Origin: Vicugna vicugna
Lineage: Eukaryota
NCBI GenBank assembly: GCA_013265495.1
Contig: MU058824.1
Location: 1,391,111-1,455,110, forward strand
Direction: 5' to 3'
Length of the DNA stretch: 64,000 bases
A program made the translations under genes and the position numbers. Below the pieces are notes generated by a model. It did no database searches, was not told where the DNA came from, and was given only the letters and a program-made list of their open reading frames with translations. Of this stretch, positions 38,401 through 50,439 are shown piece by piece (the stretch's first letter is position 1; each line of letters opens with the position of its first letter).

Positions 38401-41400
38401 TTCAAATTTCAGAAATTTTAAAACATTTTTTTAAAGGGCCTTAGAATCAATGAAATGTTGTACTTTAACTCTCAAAACCTCTTCCTATGTTAGTACTTAC
38501 TGTTCCTATTTTAAAGATAAGGCTCGGAGAGGTGGGGTAACGTGGGCAGCTCACAGGGTGTATATGTACTTAGCTGAGCTCCTTGTGTCCAGAGATCTCG
38601 TCACAGGGTTCTGGCTCGTGCCTTTGACCCTGCAGGAGGCTCAGGTGAGCCACTGGCATCTAAATAAAGATGCTGGCATCCCATCTTCCCAACTAGCTCT
38701 CCCTCCTGCCAAGACACAGGCAATTTCTCCTCTCCTCTCTCAGGGTCTTCCAAGGAGCGTCAGGTCCCTCTTCCCAAATCCCAGGACAGCCTCTGCAGAG
38801 GGCTCAGAGGCTCCCAGGCAGTGGCTGAGGCTCTGCCATCACTGGAGTGCTTTCCACATGAACAGGCTTCTACTATGAGGCTCTCAGAGGAGGGCTGGCT
38901 CTTCCTTCCTGCCCCCTTTACTTTCTCATCCTGCTGCATCAGAAGGCCCAGCTCTGGGCACCTGAGGAAAAGTCAGCTGAGGTGGGAGGCATGATCTCTC
39001 TTGTGTCCTAAAGCAACAGGGCATCCCCACCAGCCAGAGCCAGCAGGACTCGAATCCTTGGACACCCTGGGCTTCCGATTCATGGAAGTGGTTACTTTGC
39101 TCCATGGAGGGGAGGCCAGCCACACTCAAGGGGGAGAATTAGGCTCCTTCTTTTGAAGGGAAACTGTCAAAGAATTTGCAGGTATGTTTTAAAACCACCA
39201 CACGTGAACAGAATGCAGCAAGAGTGACTGTATGTGGCCTCCAAGCCACATAACACTGAAGTTTCCTCCTTGTTCCTCCCGTGCACCAACACACAGGACA
39301 GTCAGCACAAACTTTCAGCATGTGACGCACCATCCCAAAAGCAGATCCTCCAACCCCCATTAGGCCCTGAGATGACGAAAACTGGCAAGCAGCATTTTGA
39401 CTACAGTCTCATAGAGACCCCAAAGCCAGAACCACCTGGCTAAGCCACCCCAGCCCCTGACCTGCAGACATTCTGCGAAATAATCAACGTTTATTGCTGT
39501 TTTAAGTCACTAAGTTTTGTGGTCATAGACAGGCTGAAATAAATCACAGGGAAACTATCAGACAGCCCCAAACAGAGAAACATTTTATAAACCAACAGGC
39601 CAGTATTCTTTTAAAAAATGTGAATGCCCTAAAGACAATGAAAGTCTGAGGAACCATTTCAGACTACAGGAGACTAAAGAGACAGGACAACTAAATGTCC
39701 TACTGGACTCTCAATTAGATTCCAGGTCAGGAAGAAAAAGTCACTCTAAAAGGTGGGACAGTTGGAAACATCCAATATGATATAATTTCCTGAATTTGAT
39801 AATCACATCATTGCATAATGAGAGAACGTCCTTGTTTTTAGAAAACACACACTGAAGTAACCAAGGATAAAGAATTATCATCTCTGAAACATTCTCAAAT
39901 GTGTATAATATTATAGGATACAGATAAAGAAAAATTAAGCAAATGGGGCAAAATAATAGTGAGCGGGTCTAGGTGAAAGATATAGAGGAGACCGGCTATT
40001 CTTGCAAATTTTCTCTACATCTGAATTTTTCAAAATTAAAAGTTTAATACAAAAAGAAGGAAGAAAAAGGTTTAATGTTGCAAAGGGTGTACTTGTACAA
40101 ACTCCAGCCAATTCTGATCTATATGTATCTCAATCTTAGTGGCCCTGACTAAGGTCCTCCCTCATTCATTCCCACCGCCACCCTCCTCCAAATATGTCAT
40201 AGCAAATGGAACACACATACATATGTATATATAAAAACATTAATAATAGCGTCCGGATTTAATAAGCCTCTGAGTCCTAGACAGGGGCCATAGTAAAGCT
40301 ACCATAGCCCACTAGAAGCATCAGAAAGAATTAACTGCTTGTACTACATGAAAAAAAAAACTTGTTTTTTGTGAAACCTAAAAATAAAGATCTTTTTATC
40401 TTTAGAAAAAAAGGTAAAGCTAAAATTTAGTTTCATCTATGCACAGGTCCAAAGAGAAATGAGTGGAAAATAAGGACAATGAGGTTTTCAAAAATAAAAA
40501 TTCTTCAATTTAAAGAACTGTCTTTTAGTCTGAAATCACATCCTTACTGTTTTGGATTAAAATGTATTTCATCTCATGATGAGTGTAAATAGGAGAGTGG
40601 GAAAAGCTCTGCTTGACCAAATCGAGTTGGGGCCATCCATCGGCCCCTCCTCAGTGCTTTTGTTTATGTGTTTTCACTGCTCTGCAAAAATCAAAAGTTT
40701 AAGACAACTGTTCTCAAATGTACAGGTGGGCTATTTGTGTCCGCTTAGGTCACAAAGCATGTTGGGTACCACTTTAGCAACACACACTCAGAGCTTTAAA
40801 ATGTTCCTCTTCTCTTCCATCTCATATCAATACATCTAAGCATATCTCACCTAAGTGAATAATCAGAGATACCCTGAAGGAGGCTTGTTGTAAAAATTTT
40901 TCTTTGTAACATTATTTATAAGAGCAAAAAGCTGTAAATAATTTCAAGAAGAAGTAGTTAAAGTATAGCTCAACTGCATGAAGAAACACTACATGGCCAT
41001 CCAAAGTCATGTTTTCAGAGACTATTTAGCAGTAAAAAAAGAATGGCCATACTCTAAGGTTAAATCAAAAGAGCAGATAAGCTTATACAAATCTATAAAC
41101 AGCATCATATCAGTTCTACAAACAACAGTGTGTGTGCGTGTGTGTGCACACACAAACAATAAACAATAGAAAGAAACATGCCAAAAATGTTAGCAATGGT
41201 GATCTCTGAGCAGTGGGATGATCACTGATTATTATTCAGTCCTTTATTTTCTTCAGCATTCCAAAATTGTTCTACAACGAACATGCATCATTTTTATAAA
41301 CACAAAAAAGATTTTTAAAAAGCTGGATCACATTTCTTCTGCTCCCCATAGCAAATGTCTTCATTGAGCAATCATTTAATATTCTGTCCTCTTCTATTTT

Positions 41401-44400
41401 TTTGGTTGGCCTGGTATGGTTTCTCCTTCTTTAAAAAATCCCTTAAAGGCATTCACCTTCAGGAAGTTCAATATATCCTTTCTGAACACCTCTAAGTTTG
41501 CTGCCAGGAAAATTACTTTCCCTTTATCCTGAGTGATAAAAAGCTAGGCATCCTTCAGTTAGACAAGGGCAGCGAGGCATCACTCAGGGTTCCACTTTCA
41601 CATAGAAAACGACAACAACAATAAAGATCAGAACCAAATTCACTGCTAAATCATGGTAAACCACCCTTTCTTAACTTTCTGATATAATCCAAGCGCTCAC
41701 AAGGGCAGAGGCTGAATTGTGTTTTTCTCTGTGTTTTCAGCATGCTTTGTGTTTTTCTCTGTGTTTTCAGCATGCTTTGTACCACATGTGGTAATAATAG
41801 TGACAGTTACTGAGTGCCTACTACACAACAGGAAGTGTGCTAAGCACTTCATATGCATCATTCCATTTAACCTCCACAACAACTCTACTGGGTGGGGATT
41901 ACCATAATCTCTGCTAGTACAATATATATGTCTAATGTATTTTATGGACATGAATGAATGGGTGTGGTAAATACCTCCTAATTTCCTTTTATGTTCATAT
42001 TCAGGTCACCACATAAATATGTTTAAAAAAAATTCGTATTCTTTGTAGAGCAGACCAAGGAAGTCAATGTACACAGGTGAATTTTACCTGCCCAGAATAC
42101 TTTCCCCTTTCTTTACCTTACTGCACTTTGGTTTCTTTTTCAGGAACCATGCCTCCTGGACTCTCATTCTGTGTGGTTTGTTCAGGACTGGACACACACA
42201 CACATGTATACATATACACATAAACATACCCCTCTAGGAAGGTCACATGTCCCAAGCCTGACCAATCAACATTTTCCTAATGACATCAGTTGAGTCCCTG
42301 ATTGCCCAGAATAATCAGAACCTAGTTCCAGTCCCAGGCTTTTCTGTGACAGAAGTCAATAAATGTCCTTTTATATTTAAGTCAGTTTGCATTGAGTTTT
42401 CAGTCACTTTCAACCAAAATAACCCTAACTAATAGAGAAAATAAGTCTCTTTTTTAAGTGAATATAGGAGTTTTACTCCCAGCAATATGAAAGATTGAAA
42501 TGTCTGGGGAAACCCTCCAGGTATAGGACATGCAAAAAATTACTGATAAAATACTTTTAAAAATCTTTTAAATGCATGGTTCAGCTTATAGGAAAATAAA
42601 AGAAGTCCTTAGGGTCCAGGAACAACAAGAAAATCTATGAACCTAGATATCAGAGGTATCAGACACAGAGTATAAAATAAGTATGCTTACTATGCTTAAA
42701 AAAATAAAATAGGACCTAAAATGAATGATAAAGAAACAAGAATGACAGGCATAGTTAACTCAGTATAGACATCTCACAGCAATGGTGCCAGCCAGGGGAC
42801 AATGGAATATTATCTCTAAATGTCAAACTATCAACCTGGAATTATATACCCAACCAAACTATCTTTCAAGAACAAGAACAAAACAAAAACATCTTCAGAT
42901 AAATGAAACTGAGAGTTGACAACAACAACCTTGTCTACAGCAATTAATACATGATATATTTCAGGAATAAGGAAAAGAACCCGAGAAAGATCTCTGAGAC
43001 CCAAAGACCACCCTTCAGAAAAGAATGATGGGCAGAGAAAATGGTAAAACTGTGGATAAATGTAAACAAATACTGCATTTTTAAAATGTGTAATGCATTG
43101 GTTTAAAAAGCAAGACAGAATTAAAATACTGGGGTAAAATGGCATACAAATTGGGAAGGAAGGTGATCAGTCTTAAAACATTCTAAGGTACTGATTAATT
43201 CAGACCTTTTTGAGTTAAATATGTACTTTCAAATATACCACTAAAGATAAGAAATAGATAATATAACTGCCAAATTAGTAGATAGAGAAAAATGGAATGA
43301 GAAGTTGGGGGAGGATCTACCACCTCAAAACCAGTATAAAAAAAAAAAGAAAACTACACACACACAGGAGGAGCTTCAAGATGGTGGAATAGGATGTAGA
43401 GCTCACCTTCTCCCACAAATGCATCAAAAATACATCTACATGTGGAACAGTTCTCACAGAATACCTACTGAACCCTGACAGAATATCTTATACAAGTGGA
43501 ACTACAAGGAAAATCTTGATGAAAACAGATAAACAACAAGGTCCTACTGCACAGCACAGCACAGTACAATACCTTCTAACAGTCTATAATGAAAAAGAAT
43601 ATATATACAACTGAATCACTATGCTGTACACCAGAAATTAACACAACATTGTAAATCAACTATACTTCAATTTTAAAAACATGAAGAAAAAACATAACAA
43701 ACAGCATAAAATAAGATGGCATACTCAAACACTAAAGTTATCAGTAAGCATGATAAGTATAAATGGACATAACTATCCAGTTAACATCAAAGATTATTGG
43801 TCTGGATTTTGTTTTAATGACAACACAAAATCCAGCTACACGCTAATTAGAGACACACCTAAAACCTAAGGACACAGATGGAGTGAAAGTGAAAGGACAG
43901 AAAAAGGGATCAGGAAAATATTAACGAAAACTTAACGTGTTCTGTAGACCTAAAGTACTAATTCAAAGAATGAACACTCTGGTAACCACAAGATGGGTCT
44001 AATAAAAACTAATAAAATAGCCTCAGTTTACAACCTTGTTGGGGAAGCAAAAGAATCATTTGGTCTAATCTCCACATCACGTGTGATGTTTTTCCAAAGG
44101 TAGTGTTAAGAAAACAGACAAGTAGGCTATCTCTCTGCAAAAAGAGAGCTCCTAACCAAGGCCTTCCTGCCAACTGCAGCAAGACACAAATCCTTTCTTT
44201 TGCTGAATTACCTATTCAGAACTGTTTGGAGAATCTTTACCATCCTAGTACCCAAGTCCTAGTCCTTAAAGTCAGGTACACATCTGTAACTATAGCAGTA
44301 ATAAGGCCAAAACCACAGTAAGCGTCCAAAAAATGAAAACACCTGCATGTAATATTTACACACTTTTTTAACCAGTGGTTCACAACTCCTCGGCAACAGC

Positions 44401-47400
44401 AGAGAACAGCTGACAACGTCCACACAGGTGGCGTCCCCATACACGGATGCTGTCACACCACCTTTCCTGCTAAACAGGTCAGAATGCAAATGAGAATGAC
44501 AGTACAGTATTATCTCAAGGCTTCCCTGATTCATGGAAACTAAAACTTTCTGCCAGTGTTAGTAAGTTATCAGCAACCACCTACTTGTGACACACCTTAC
44601 AACCGACTGTGATGTCACCACTAGTTTCAACTGCACTTGATCTGTTATTAATCCCCACTCTGTCTAATTCTGGTGTTCTTCCATACCCTCAAAAGCACCC
44701 ACCCTTAATCTTCCAAGTGAGCAACCCACAGGCTCTAAGCCAGTAGCTTCCATCCCTAGTTGTACATCAGCCTCAGCTTAGGCCCTATCCACCAAAATTC
44801 TATTGAATTGTTCTGGGTAAGTTCCTGTATATAATTTTTAAAAGTCCCCCAAGGCCACAAACCCAGCTATCCGGCTTCCCACTTTGGCTGCTGCCATCTC
44901 AGAGTGAAAATTCCCTCTCCTGGCTTGGCTCAAATGAGACAGTCAGAGTTGTGCAAACCCTATACTTACTATACTACCAAGCAAGGATTCCTTGTCATTC
45001 TCATCCTCTTTCTCCTCCTCAATTCAGTGCTGTAACTAATAGGAAAAAAGCTGGGCACTAATCCACTGGCATGTGAATTACTAGCCTCACAGAAGGGCCG
45101 GGGTCTACATGTATTCTCAAGGAATTAGAGTCAACACTCAGAAGTGTCTCTATTGGTCTGGCCCTGTCCAGGAGAGCAGACACGGTACCAAGGCTTGTGG
45201 ACGCCAGGAACAACCAAGCCAAATAGTCCAAACTCCTTGCCTATGATAACAGGTTTATCCACTGGAGTTTAAAATGTGTGTGGGCCTTTGAACATACTCA
45301 TGTTTGAATGTGTTCTCACCTACATACCCATAAGTATCTTTTTCTAAGTCTATTTCTGTATCTGGAAAAGTCTAGAAGGATACACAGCAAAATGTTAACA
45401 GTGGTTCTTACCAGGGTGGTAGGTTTATGGGTGACTTTTATTTTTTGTCCTTTTTTGCTTCTGTGTACATGCTAATTTTTCTACAGGGAACATGTATTGC
45501 TTTTATAATTAGAATAGATAAATAATTGCCTCAACCTTAACAGGGAGGAGGGAAGAAAAGACCTAGGTTCTAGATCAGCTCTGCCCCAGATCTCTGCGTT
45601 ACCTTGGGGGCATGGCTTTTTCTCTCGGGTTAGACTGCATGCCCCCTCAGGGCCTCCTCTCCTATGACAGTCAAGGATCTTAACCATGCTTAGCGATTAG
45701 AGTTCCATCCCCACCCGCACCCCCATGACCCTGACTGCGAACTCCTAATCTGCCATTCTGGTTTCTCTGGCTAAATTTCAAGATCTTATTAGGTTCTCAC
45801 CCCTGTGTGAACTATAATAAAAGTGAGTCTTCATGAAAGGCCCTGACCCTCCTCAAGGCCTGGACAGGCTGAGACCTACACAGAGGGAGCTCACTTTTCT
45901 CTCCAGCTAGGCAAGTATGACTCAACAGGCCTTGCTACAGGAATTTAAGGCAGGAGGCATTCACACTCCTTATCACGCTGGGTTTGGATTAACTTCCCAG
46001 GGTCAATGCAACAGCAGGACTTACAAGCAAATCCTGATAGGACACAGGGCAGCTGTGTCACCATGGAGACGGGATACCATAAGCCCCATGGGTCGTCCAC
46101 AGTGTTTCACAACCTGGGACAATAAAGGAAGTTGGAAGCCAGAAAAGAAAAACTTTATGACCAATCCTTGAATGACTCTTAAAAGCAACCTCCTGAGTGT
46201 ATTGTTAGCAAGTGGGAAGACAGGAAAAACTATTAAGAATTGAGGACACAGTATGCTCCCAGGTGTTAGGTGTTTTATTAATTCCTACATTGTGTTATTT
46301 CTACTCATCCTCTATTTTGCAGATAGGGAAATTGAGGCTCAGAGAGGCTAGGTAACTTGCCCAACATCACAGAACTGACGAGCAAAAGAGTCAGGATTTT
46401 ATCTCACATGAGCTGGGTCTGGACCCTGAGTTGGACCTGAAAGCTTCCCCTAGATCTTGCCTCCATGAGCACCCTTGGAGTTTCAAGGAGATAAACATGT
46501 ATTCAGCCATTTGGCTGAAGTGGGGGAACTGCTACCAACCCCAACAAACAAGCTCTACGCAAAAACGTTAACAGTGAAAATGCGTAAGGTAAAAGCATTG
46601 GCTAGGCATGAGCAGATTCTCCAATATAGAGGAGACAGTGAGGTGCAAATCCATCCAAACTTTGCCAGTGGTGGCAGAGGCGGGGCCTCCTGCAGGGATT
46701 CATGCTCTCTCTGGCCGAGGAGTCACAGAGCAGGTCCCTAAAATCCTGCAATCAGCACAGTGCCAAGGGGGCCAGGAGATCAGTCTCCCAAGGCCTGTTC
46801 TGCCACTTTCCAGCTGCAAGGCCTTGGGTGGGTCACCTGACCTCTCTGAGCCTATTTCCACACGTGCAAAGCAGGAATGACAAGGAGCAAGGAGGAGTGG
46901 CAGGTGCCTGGTGCACACAGGAGGCTGTCCCATTGGCTCCTTCCAGAACTCCCTCTCTGTGCCCTCTTTCCCTCAAAGTCTTTAAGGAGGCTCCAGTAGG
47001 GGACCCAGAAGGTCCTCACCAAAAGAGGAAAGGAAATAGAAGGTCAGGAAGGCCATCTTCCTTCTGCTAGCTTGTTCCCTTCTCACCTAAGCTGTGAGCA
47101 CAACCCTTCCAGCCAGCAGCTCTAACAGGAATTAGGCCTCTGATCACACAGGTTCCAGGACTGTGTCACCCGGAGTGAGGTGGGCTGGACCACAGCCAGA
47201 AGGAGCCCTTCTCACCACCTGCTCCCTCCTGCCTTCCTCCACTTAAAGCTTAGGAAGGACTCCAACTTCCAGAGAGAGGGAAGGAGGCCTGCTACCTCTG
47301 ACTTGCCCTTCTAGGCACCTTTCACCTCACCTGCCGGGCGCACCCTCTCCTCCTGGTTCATTCATGGGCCCTGGAGCACACAGGTGCACAAAGATAAGCG

Positions 47401-48197
47401 AATGAAGCCTGTCTCAAACCACACAGGTTCTTTGCTTTGCCAAGGCAAGACGTTAAAAGGGCAGAGCTGGACTGGGGGTGCCTGGGGATCCAGGACGGGC
47501 ACCCAGAGGGTCTCATATTAAATCTGTCTCCTTAGCCCGGAGCCCCACACTTTTCAGGGCCGAATGACAGATTTTCTCAAGGGAGAGGGAGCCAAGCGAC
47601 CACCTAGTAACAGATTTGTCAATTCTGAGATTTTTCTGTTTTCATTTTTTAAAACTTTCTTGCGCCCCCTGTCCCCAGCCATGGACCCTTTGCCCACTTC
47701 TGAGTAAGACTCAGTAAGAAGCGGGATCCCCAAGTATTTCGAGACCCTGGTTCCACCCCGTCACTTCACAGCCGCAGAAACTGAGGCCCGGGGACTCCGC
47801 GGGCAGTGCCCTCCCGCCACCTGCGGACTCACAGCGGGTTCCAGCGCTCGGGCAGGCGGCGGTGCAGTGAGATGCGGTCGCTGAGGTAGATGTTGATCTG
47901 GTGCAGCCGCACGCTCTCCTCCTGCAGGCGCAGCTCTTCTCCCTGGAGCTCCAGCCTCACCGCCTCGCCGTGCGCGCCCAGAGCGTCCTCCGACATCGGC
48001 GGCCGCGGCAGGACCGGGTCGCGCCGCCCGGAACGCGGAGTGCGCCGGAGTCCCGGCTCGGCCGCCCCGGCCCCGCGCCGCGTCCGCAGCACCGAGCCCA
48101 GCCCGGTCAGTGCCAGCAGGGCCAGCAGCGCCAGCAGCGCCCCCCGTCCGCGCCGCAGCCCTCGCGGGCAGCGCCTCCACGCCGCGCGACCCCACAT
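14322..48197 (-). CDS. GALNT12: GALNT12, polypeptide N-acetylgalactosaminyltransferase 12; full spliced CDS of 10 exons, 579 aa
   Basis: Exons of 365+170+190+186+118+177+132+114+147+141 = 1740 nt join in frame from MWGRAAWRR to ...WFFKERMV*. The product has a type II TM anchor, a GT-A domain with DxH (FLDCHCEC), the Gal/GalNAc-T motif ([11 protein letters not shown]) and a C-terminal ricin-type lectin domain. All introns are GT-AG. Confidence 0.97.
14719..14732 (-). promoter_or_regulatory. CTCF consensus motif (CCAGCAGGTGGCAC) in the last intron of GALNT12
   Basis: Exact match to the core consensus CCASYAGRKGGCRS; binding not shown. Confidence 0.5.
16490..16636 (-). CDS. GALNT12: GALNT12 exon 9 (lectin domain)
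   Basis: [62 protein letters not shown]; 147 nt. Confidence 0.95.
17960..18900. mobile_element. Old L1 (L1ME-type) fragments with TA/CA-rich simple repeats
   Basis: AT-rich degenerate L1 3'-like sequence; (TA)/(TG)/(CA) runs at 18260-18465. Confidence 0.5.
19035..19148 (-). CDS. GALNT12: GALNT12 exon 8 (lectin domain; absent from the ORF track)
   Basis: Translated by hand: [49 protein letters not shown]; 114 nt, phase 0/0. Confidence 0.95.
20200..22200 (+). mobile_element. Old L1 3' region (L1MC-like) with an inserted DNA transposon
   Basis: gaagaatcccagctaataaatgcagaagaa...; aaccaaatgtaatgtgcagaccttgtttggatcc...; tattaaatgacaccaagaaattattgtt. Confidence 0.65.
20624..20900 (-). mobile_element. 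MER33-like hAT-Charlie element nested in L1
   Basis: ggccacatgtggctactgggcacctgaaatgtgaccagtcc...tttcaagacttagtatgaag...ttcacctgtttctttttt...ggctactaaaatttttaaattacacatgtagct. Confidence 0.75.
22814..22945 (-). CDS. GALNT12: GALNT12 exon 7
   Basis: [56 protein letters not shown]; 132 nt. Confidence 0.96.
24322..24940 (+). mobile_element. MER82-like TcMar-Tigger element
   Basis: gctaaaacttatttgtaacccaaaaatcaatact...tttaaaatggcccacaagcatagtgctgaggtgctgtcc...cataactactgtgaataatgagtgtcaacc. Confidence 0.75.
25108..25284 (-). CDS. GALNT12: GALNT12 exon 6
   Basis: [71 protein letters not shown]; 177 nt. Confidence 0.96.
26653..26770 (-). CDS. GALNT12: GALNT12 exon 5 (WGGEN motif)
   Basis: [51 protein letters not shown]; 118 nt. 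Confidence 0.96.
28705..29235 (+). mobile_element. L1 3' end (L1MB-like), antisense to GALNT12, ending ~80 bp from the exon 4 donor
   Basis: agcaattccactcctagatatatatt...aacagatgaatggataaataaagtgtgg...aaaatggtaaattttatgtta. Confidence 0.85.
29318..29503 (-). CDS. GALNT12: GALNT12 exon 4
   Basis: [75 protein letters not shown]; 186 nt. Confidence 0.96.
29990..30180 (+). mobile_element. MIR SINE
   Basis: gctgtgtgatgttagtcaggttaccgaacctctcagagcc...acagtaatacctactcacgaggtt. Confidence 0.6.
30590..30990. mobile_element. MER20-like and MER5-like hAT fragments
   Basis: ccaggatgccaaacatcctacagtgtgcag...aagaatggttctgccccaaatatcagtagtg; ccaggccccaccccagagattcagat. Confidence 0.55.
31726..31972 (-). 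mobile_element. ORSL-like hAT-Tip100 non-autonomous element
   Basis: Terminus ccctaggcattgtaggtactgggtgtaatggataagtcagccctg with an AT-rich interior containing ataatccaggc. Confidence 0.6.
32342..32531 (-). CDS. GALNT12: GALNT12 exon 3 (DxH motif)
   Basis: [76 protein letters not shown]; 190 nt. Confidence 0.96.
33175..33975 (+). repeat. Copy 2 of the diverged ~750-bp direct duplication, in GALNT12 intron 2
   Basis: Colinear with 12225-12975 at an offset of ~21.0 kb. Confidence 0.85.
34600..36160 (+). mobile_element. L2 LINE fragments with a degenerate (GTGTT)n simple repeat at 35030-35135
   Basis: ccactagaatgtgagttgtatgagagcagggacttgtcttgtttc...; ctcaaattcaacatgttcaa; pyrimidine-rich L2 body. 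Confidence 0.6.
36276..36445 (-). CDS. GALNT12: GALNT12 exon 2
   Basis: [68 protein letters not shown]; 170 nt. Confidence 0.96.
39540..40050 (+). mobile_element. Old L1 3' region (L1MC4-like)
   Basis: ggagactaaagagacaggacaactaaatgt...gagaacgtccttgtttttagaaaacacacactgaagta. Confidence 0.65.
41717..41780. repeat. Perfect 30-bp tandem duplication
   Basis: ttgtgtttttctctgtgttttcagcatgct x2 followed by ttgt. Confidence 0.95.
42460..43930 (+). mobile_element. Old L1 (ORF1 end to ORF2 start), interrupted by a younger insertion
   Basis: tcaacctggaattatatacccaaccaaactatctttcaagaac...; atcagtaagcatgataagtataaatggac...gagacacacctaaaac. Confidence 0.65.
43368..43680 (+). mobile_element. Short internally deleted L1 derivative (5'UTR start fused to 3'UTR end)
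   Basis: Begins gaggagcttcaagatggtggaatag (L1 5' end with the YY1-type AAGATGG) and ends acacaacattgtaaatcaactatacttcaat plus an A-rich tail. Confidence 0.7.
47833..48197 (-). CDS. GALNT12: GALNT12 coding exon 1 (cytoplasmic tail, TM helix, stem)
   Basis: ATG at 48197; [34 protein letters not shown]...[14 protein letters not shown]; donor CT|GTGAGT; lies in a CpG island. Confidence 0.95.
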
Positions 48198-48222
48198 GCG
48201 CCCGCCCGCTGCGGCCAGGCCA

Positions 48223-48359
48223 NNNNNNNNNNNNNNNNNNNNNNNNNNNNNNNNNNNNNNNNNNNNNNNNNNNNNNNNNNNNNNNNNNNNNNNNNNNNNN
48301 NNNNNNNNNNNNNNNNNNNNNNNNNNNNNNNNNNNNNNNNNNNNNNNNNNNNNNNNNNN
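48223..48359. other. Assembly gap (137 N) in the GALNT12 5'UTR/promoter
   Basis: Run of N. Confidence 0.99.
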
Positions 48360-49004
48360 CCCCCTTCCCGCCGCGCCTGCCCGCAGGCCCAGGGAGCTAA
48401 CTTTTACAGGGTCCCCACGCGGGCTCGCTAAGACGTGCACCTTCCTTGCGGGGCTGTATGTTTATTAAAAAGGTAGCGGCCGTAAAACCCTCAGCTCACT
48501 GCCTGGCACTTCTTGAGCGCTCCGTAAATGTTAGCCAAGTGCGCTGAGCAGAGTGCTACGAATTTCACTGCTGTTATCTCACCTGACCCTTACAGTCTGG
48601 TAAGAGAGGAAATGTTGTGGAGAAATGTGTTACATCTCAGTTATGACAGCAACCTGGATCCGGCGAGAGACCAAGCAGCACTCGGAGAGTTGGAGAACTC
48701 AGGTTTATTATGCCAGCGGGCCCAGAGGAGTTAACACTCCAAGCTCTGGACCCTGTCAGTAGGTTTACACAGGCCTTTACAGGCTGCCAGTTTTACACTT
48801 TGCAACATCATATGCAAATAAAGTATAAGCTTGAGTTTCACTCAAGGCTTTTGTACATGCTGTTCTCTATGCTTGAAATGCCCTTCCCCACCTAGCAAAC
48901 TCTTACCCATCCTTCAAGGCCCTGCCAAAAGCCACCACCTCTATGAAGCCTTCAGCAATTCCACAGTATTTTAAGCAAATGTATTGCAAGATTATATCAT
49001 CCTT

Positions 49005-49855
49005 TTGTGTGTTAAGATTCCACCAAAGAAACAAAACTGGTAGGAGATATATTAAGACATTTATTGTAAGAAATTGGCTTATGCAGTTGTGGGGACTGGT
49101 TAAGCAAGTCCAAAATCTATAGGGCAGACCATCAGAGTAAGACATGCTAAAACTCTGGCATAAGCTGAAGCTGCAGTCCACAGGCAGAGTATCTATTTTC
49201 TAGGGCAGTATCAGTTCAGCTCTTGAGGACTTTAACTGATTGAATCAGGCCCACCTAAATAATCTCCTTTCTTAAAGTCAATTGATTGCAAATGTTAATC
49301 ACATCTACAAAATACCTTCATGGCAACATCTAGATCAGTGTTTAATTGAGTAACTGAGGATTAAAGCCTAGCCAAGTTGAGTATCAAACCAACCATGTCT
49401 ATTAGTTTCCAAGGACTGCCATAACAAAGTACCACAAACTAAGGTGGCTAAAAACAACAGAAATTGACACCCTCACAGTTCTGGAGGCTAAAAGCCCAGA
49501 CTTAGTCTCATTAGCAGGGACATGCGCTCCCTGAAGGCTCCAGGGGGAGAATCTGTTCCACATCTTTCTCTTAGTTTCTGGTGTTGCCAACAATCCCTGG
49601 CACTCCTTGGCTTGTAGATGCATCCCACCAATCTCTGCCTCCATGGTCACAGGACATTCTTCTGGTCTGTTTGTCTCTGTGTGCTTTCTACTCTTTTTCT
49701 AAGGGCACTGGTCATTGGATTTGGGCCCACTCTAATGACCTCAACGTGATTACATCTGTAAAGACTTTATTCCCAAATAAGGTCACATTCATAGGTATCA
49801 AGAATTAGACTTCATATCTTTGGCGGGGGTGCGGGACACAATTCAATCCACAGCA
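49005..49855 (-). mobile_element. Adjacent ERVL MLT2-like and MaLR MLT1-like solo LTRs
   Basis: gaaattggcttatgcagttgtggggactgg...atctacaaaataccttca (MLT2-like); attagtttccaaggactgccataacaaagtaccacaaact...cccaaataaggtcacattc (MLT1-like). Confidence 0.75.
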
Positions 49856-50439
49856 CCATCATACTTTGTTCCAGCCCTTGCTACTTTGGATTGTGTTTCA
49901 TTCACGCACTGGCCTTGTAACAAAGAGACTGTAAAGGACTAAGAGTATGAGCTGTAGTCACTTTATGATCCCAGAAGTTGGTTCAGTGTCAGACACACGG
50001 TAAGTGTTCAGTTCATAGCTCGCTCTATGTCTCACACTCGCTTTCAAAGGCACCTGTTTGAACTCACTGGGGAGGTATCTGATGGAGGGCACAGCCTGGT
50101 TAAGTATAGAGAGAAGTTATTCCCAAAATGTAACAAAAATGAATTCTTCAGATCTTCTTGCTGGAAGGGCCTCAGCAACTCATTCAGTCTGGGAGTTTTC
50201 AAAATTTGCTCCCAGGAACCCCAGGGGACCACCCGGAAAAGTAAAAAAGGAAGCTGACTTGGTGGGGCTCCAGTTCTTCTCCCTGGACCAGAGTACTGAC
50301 ACTTTTATTTGCTTAATACTTTGAGTTTCCTTATTACATTGCAGCACCCTCCTCCCTAACTGGAAACAAGGCCAAGGAGGTGTGTTGTCCAGGCCCACAG
50401 TTGGTCAGTAGCAGAACAGGAAATAGAACAGAATAAAAA

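Larger units (their letters stand above)
47760..48560. promoter_or_regulatory. CpG island / promoter of GALNT12 (TSS region partly inside an N gap)
   Basis: Very high GC and CpG density around exon 1, against a CpG-depleted background. Confidence 0.85.

Noticed and set aside
44418..44436. CTCF-like cacacaggtggcgt
   Set aside because: Several mismatches in the 5' half of the core; no better than chance
47761..48468. Overlapping and antisense ORFs, and an apparent N-terminal extension of GALNT12 through the gap
   Set aside because: CpG-island artefacts. These ORFs run through Ns or are shadows of exon 1; the type II membrane protein start fits ATG 48197.
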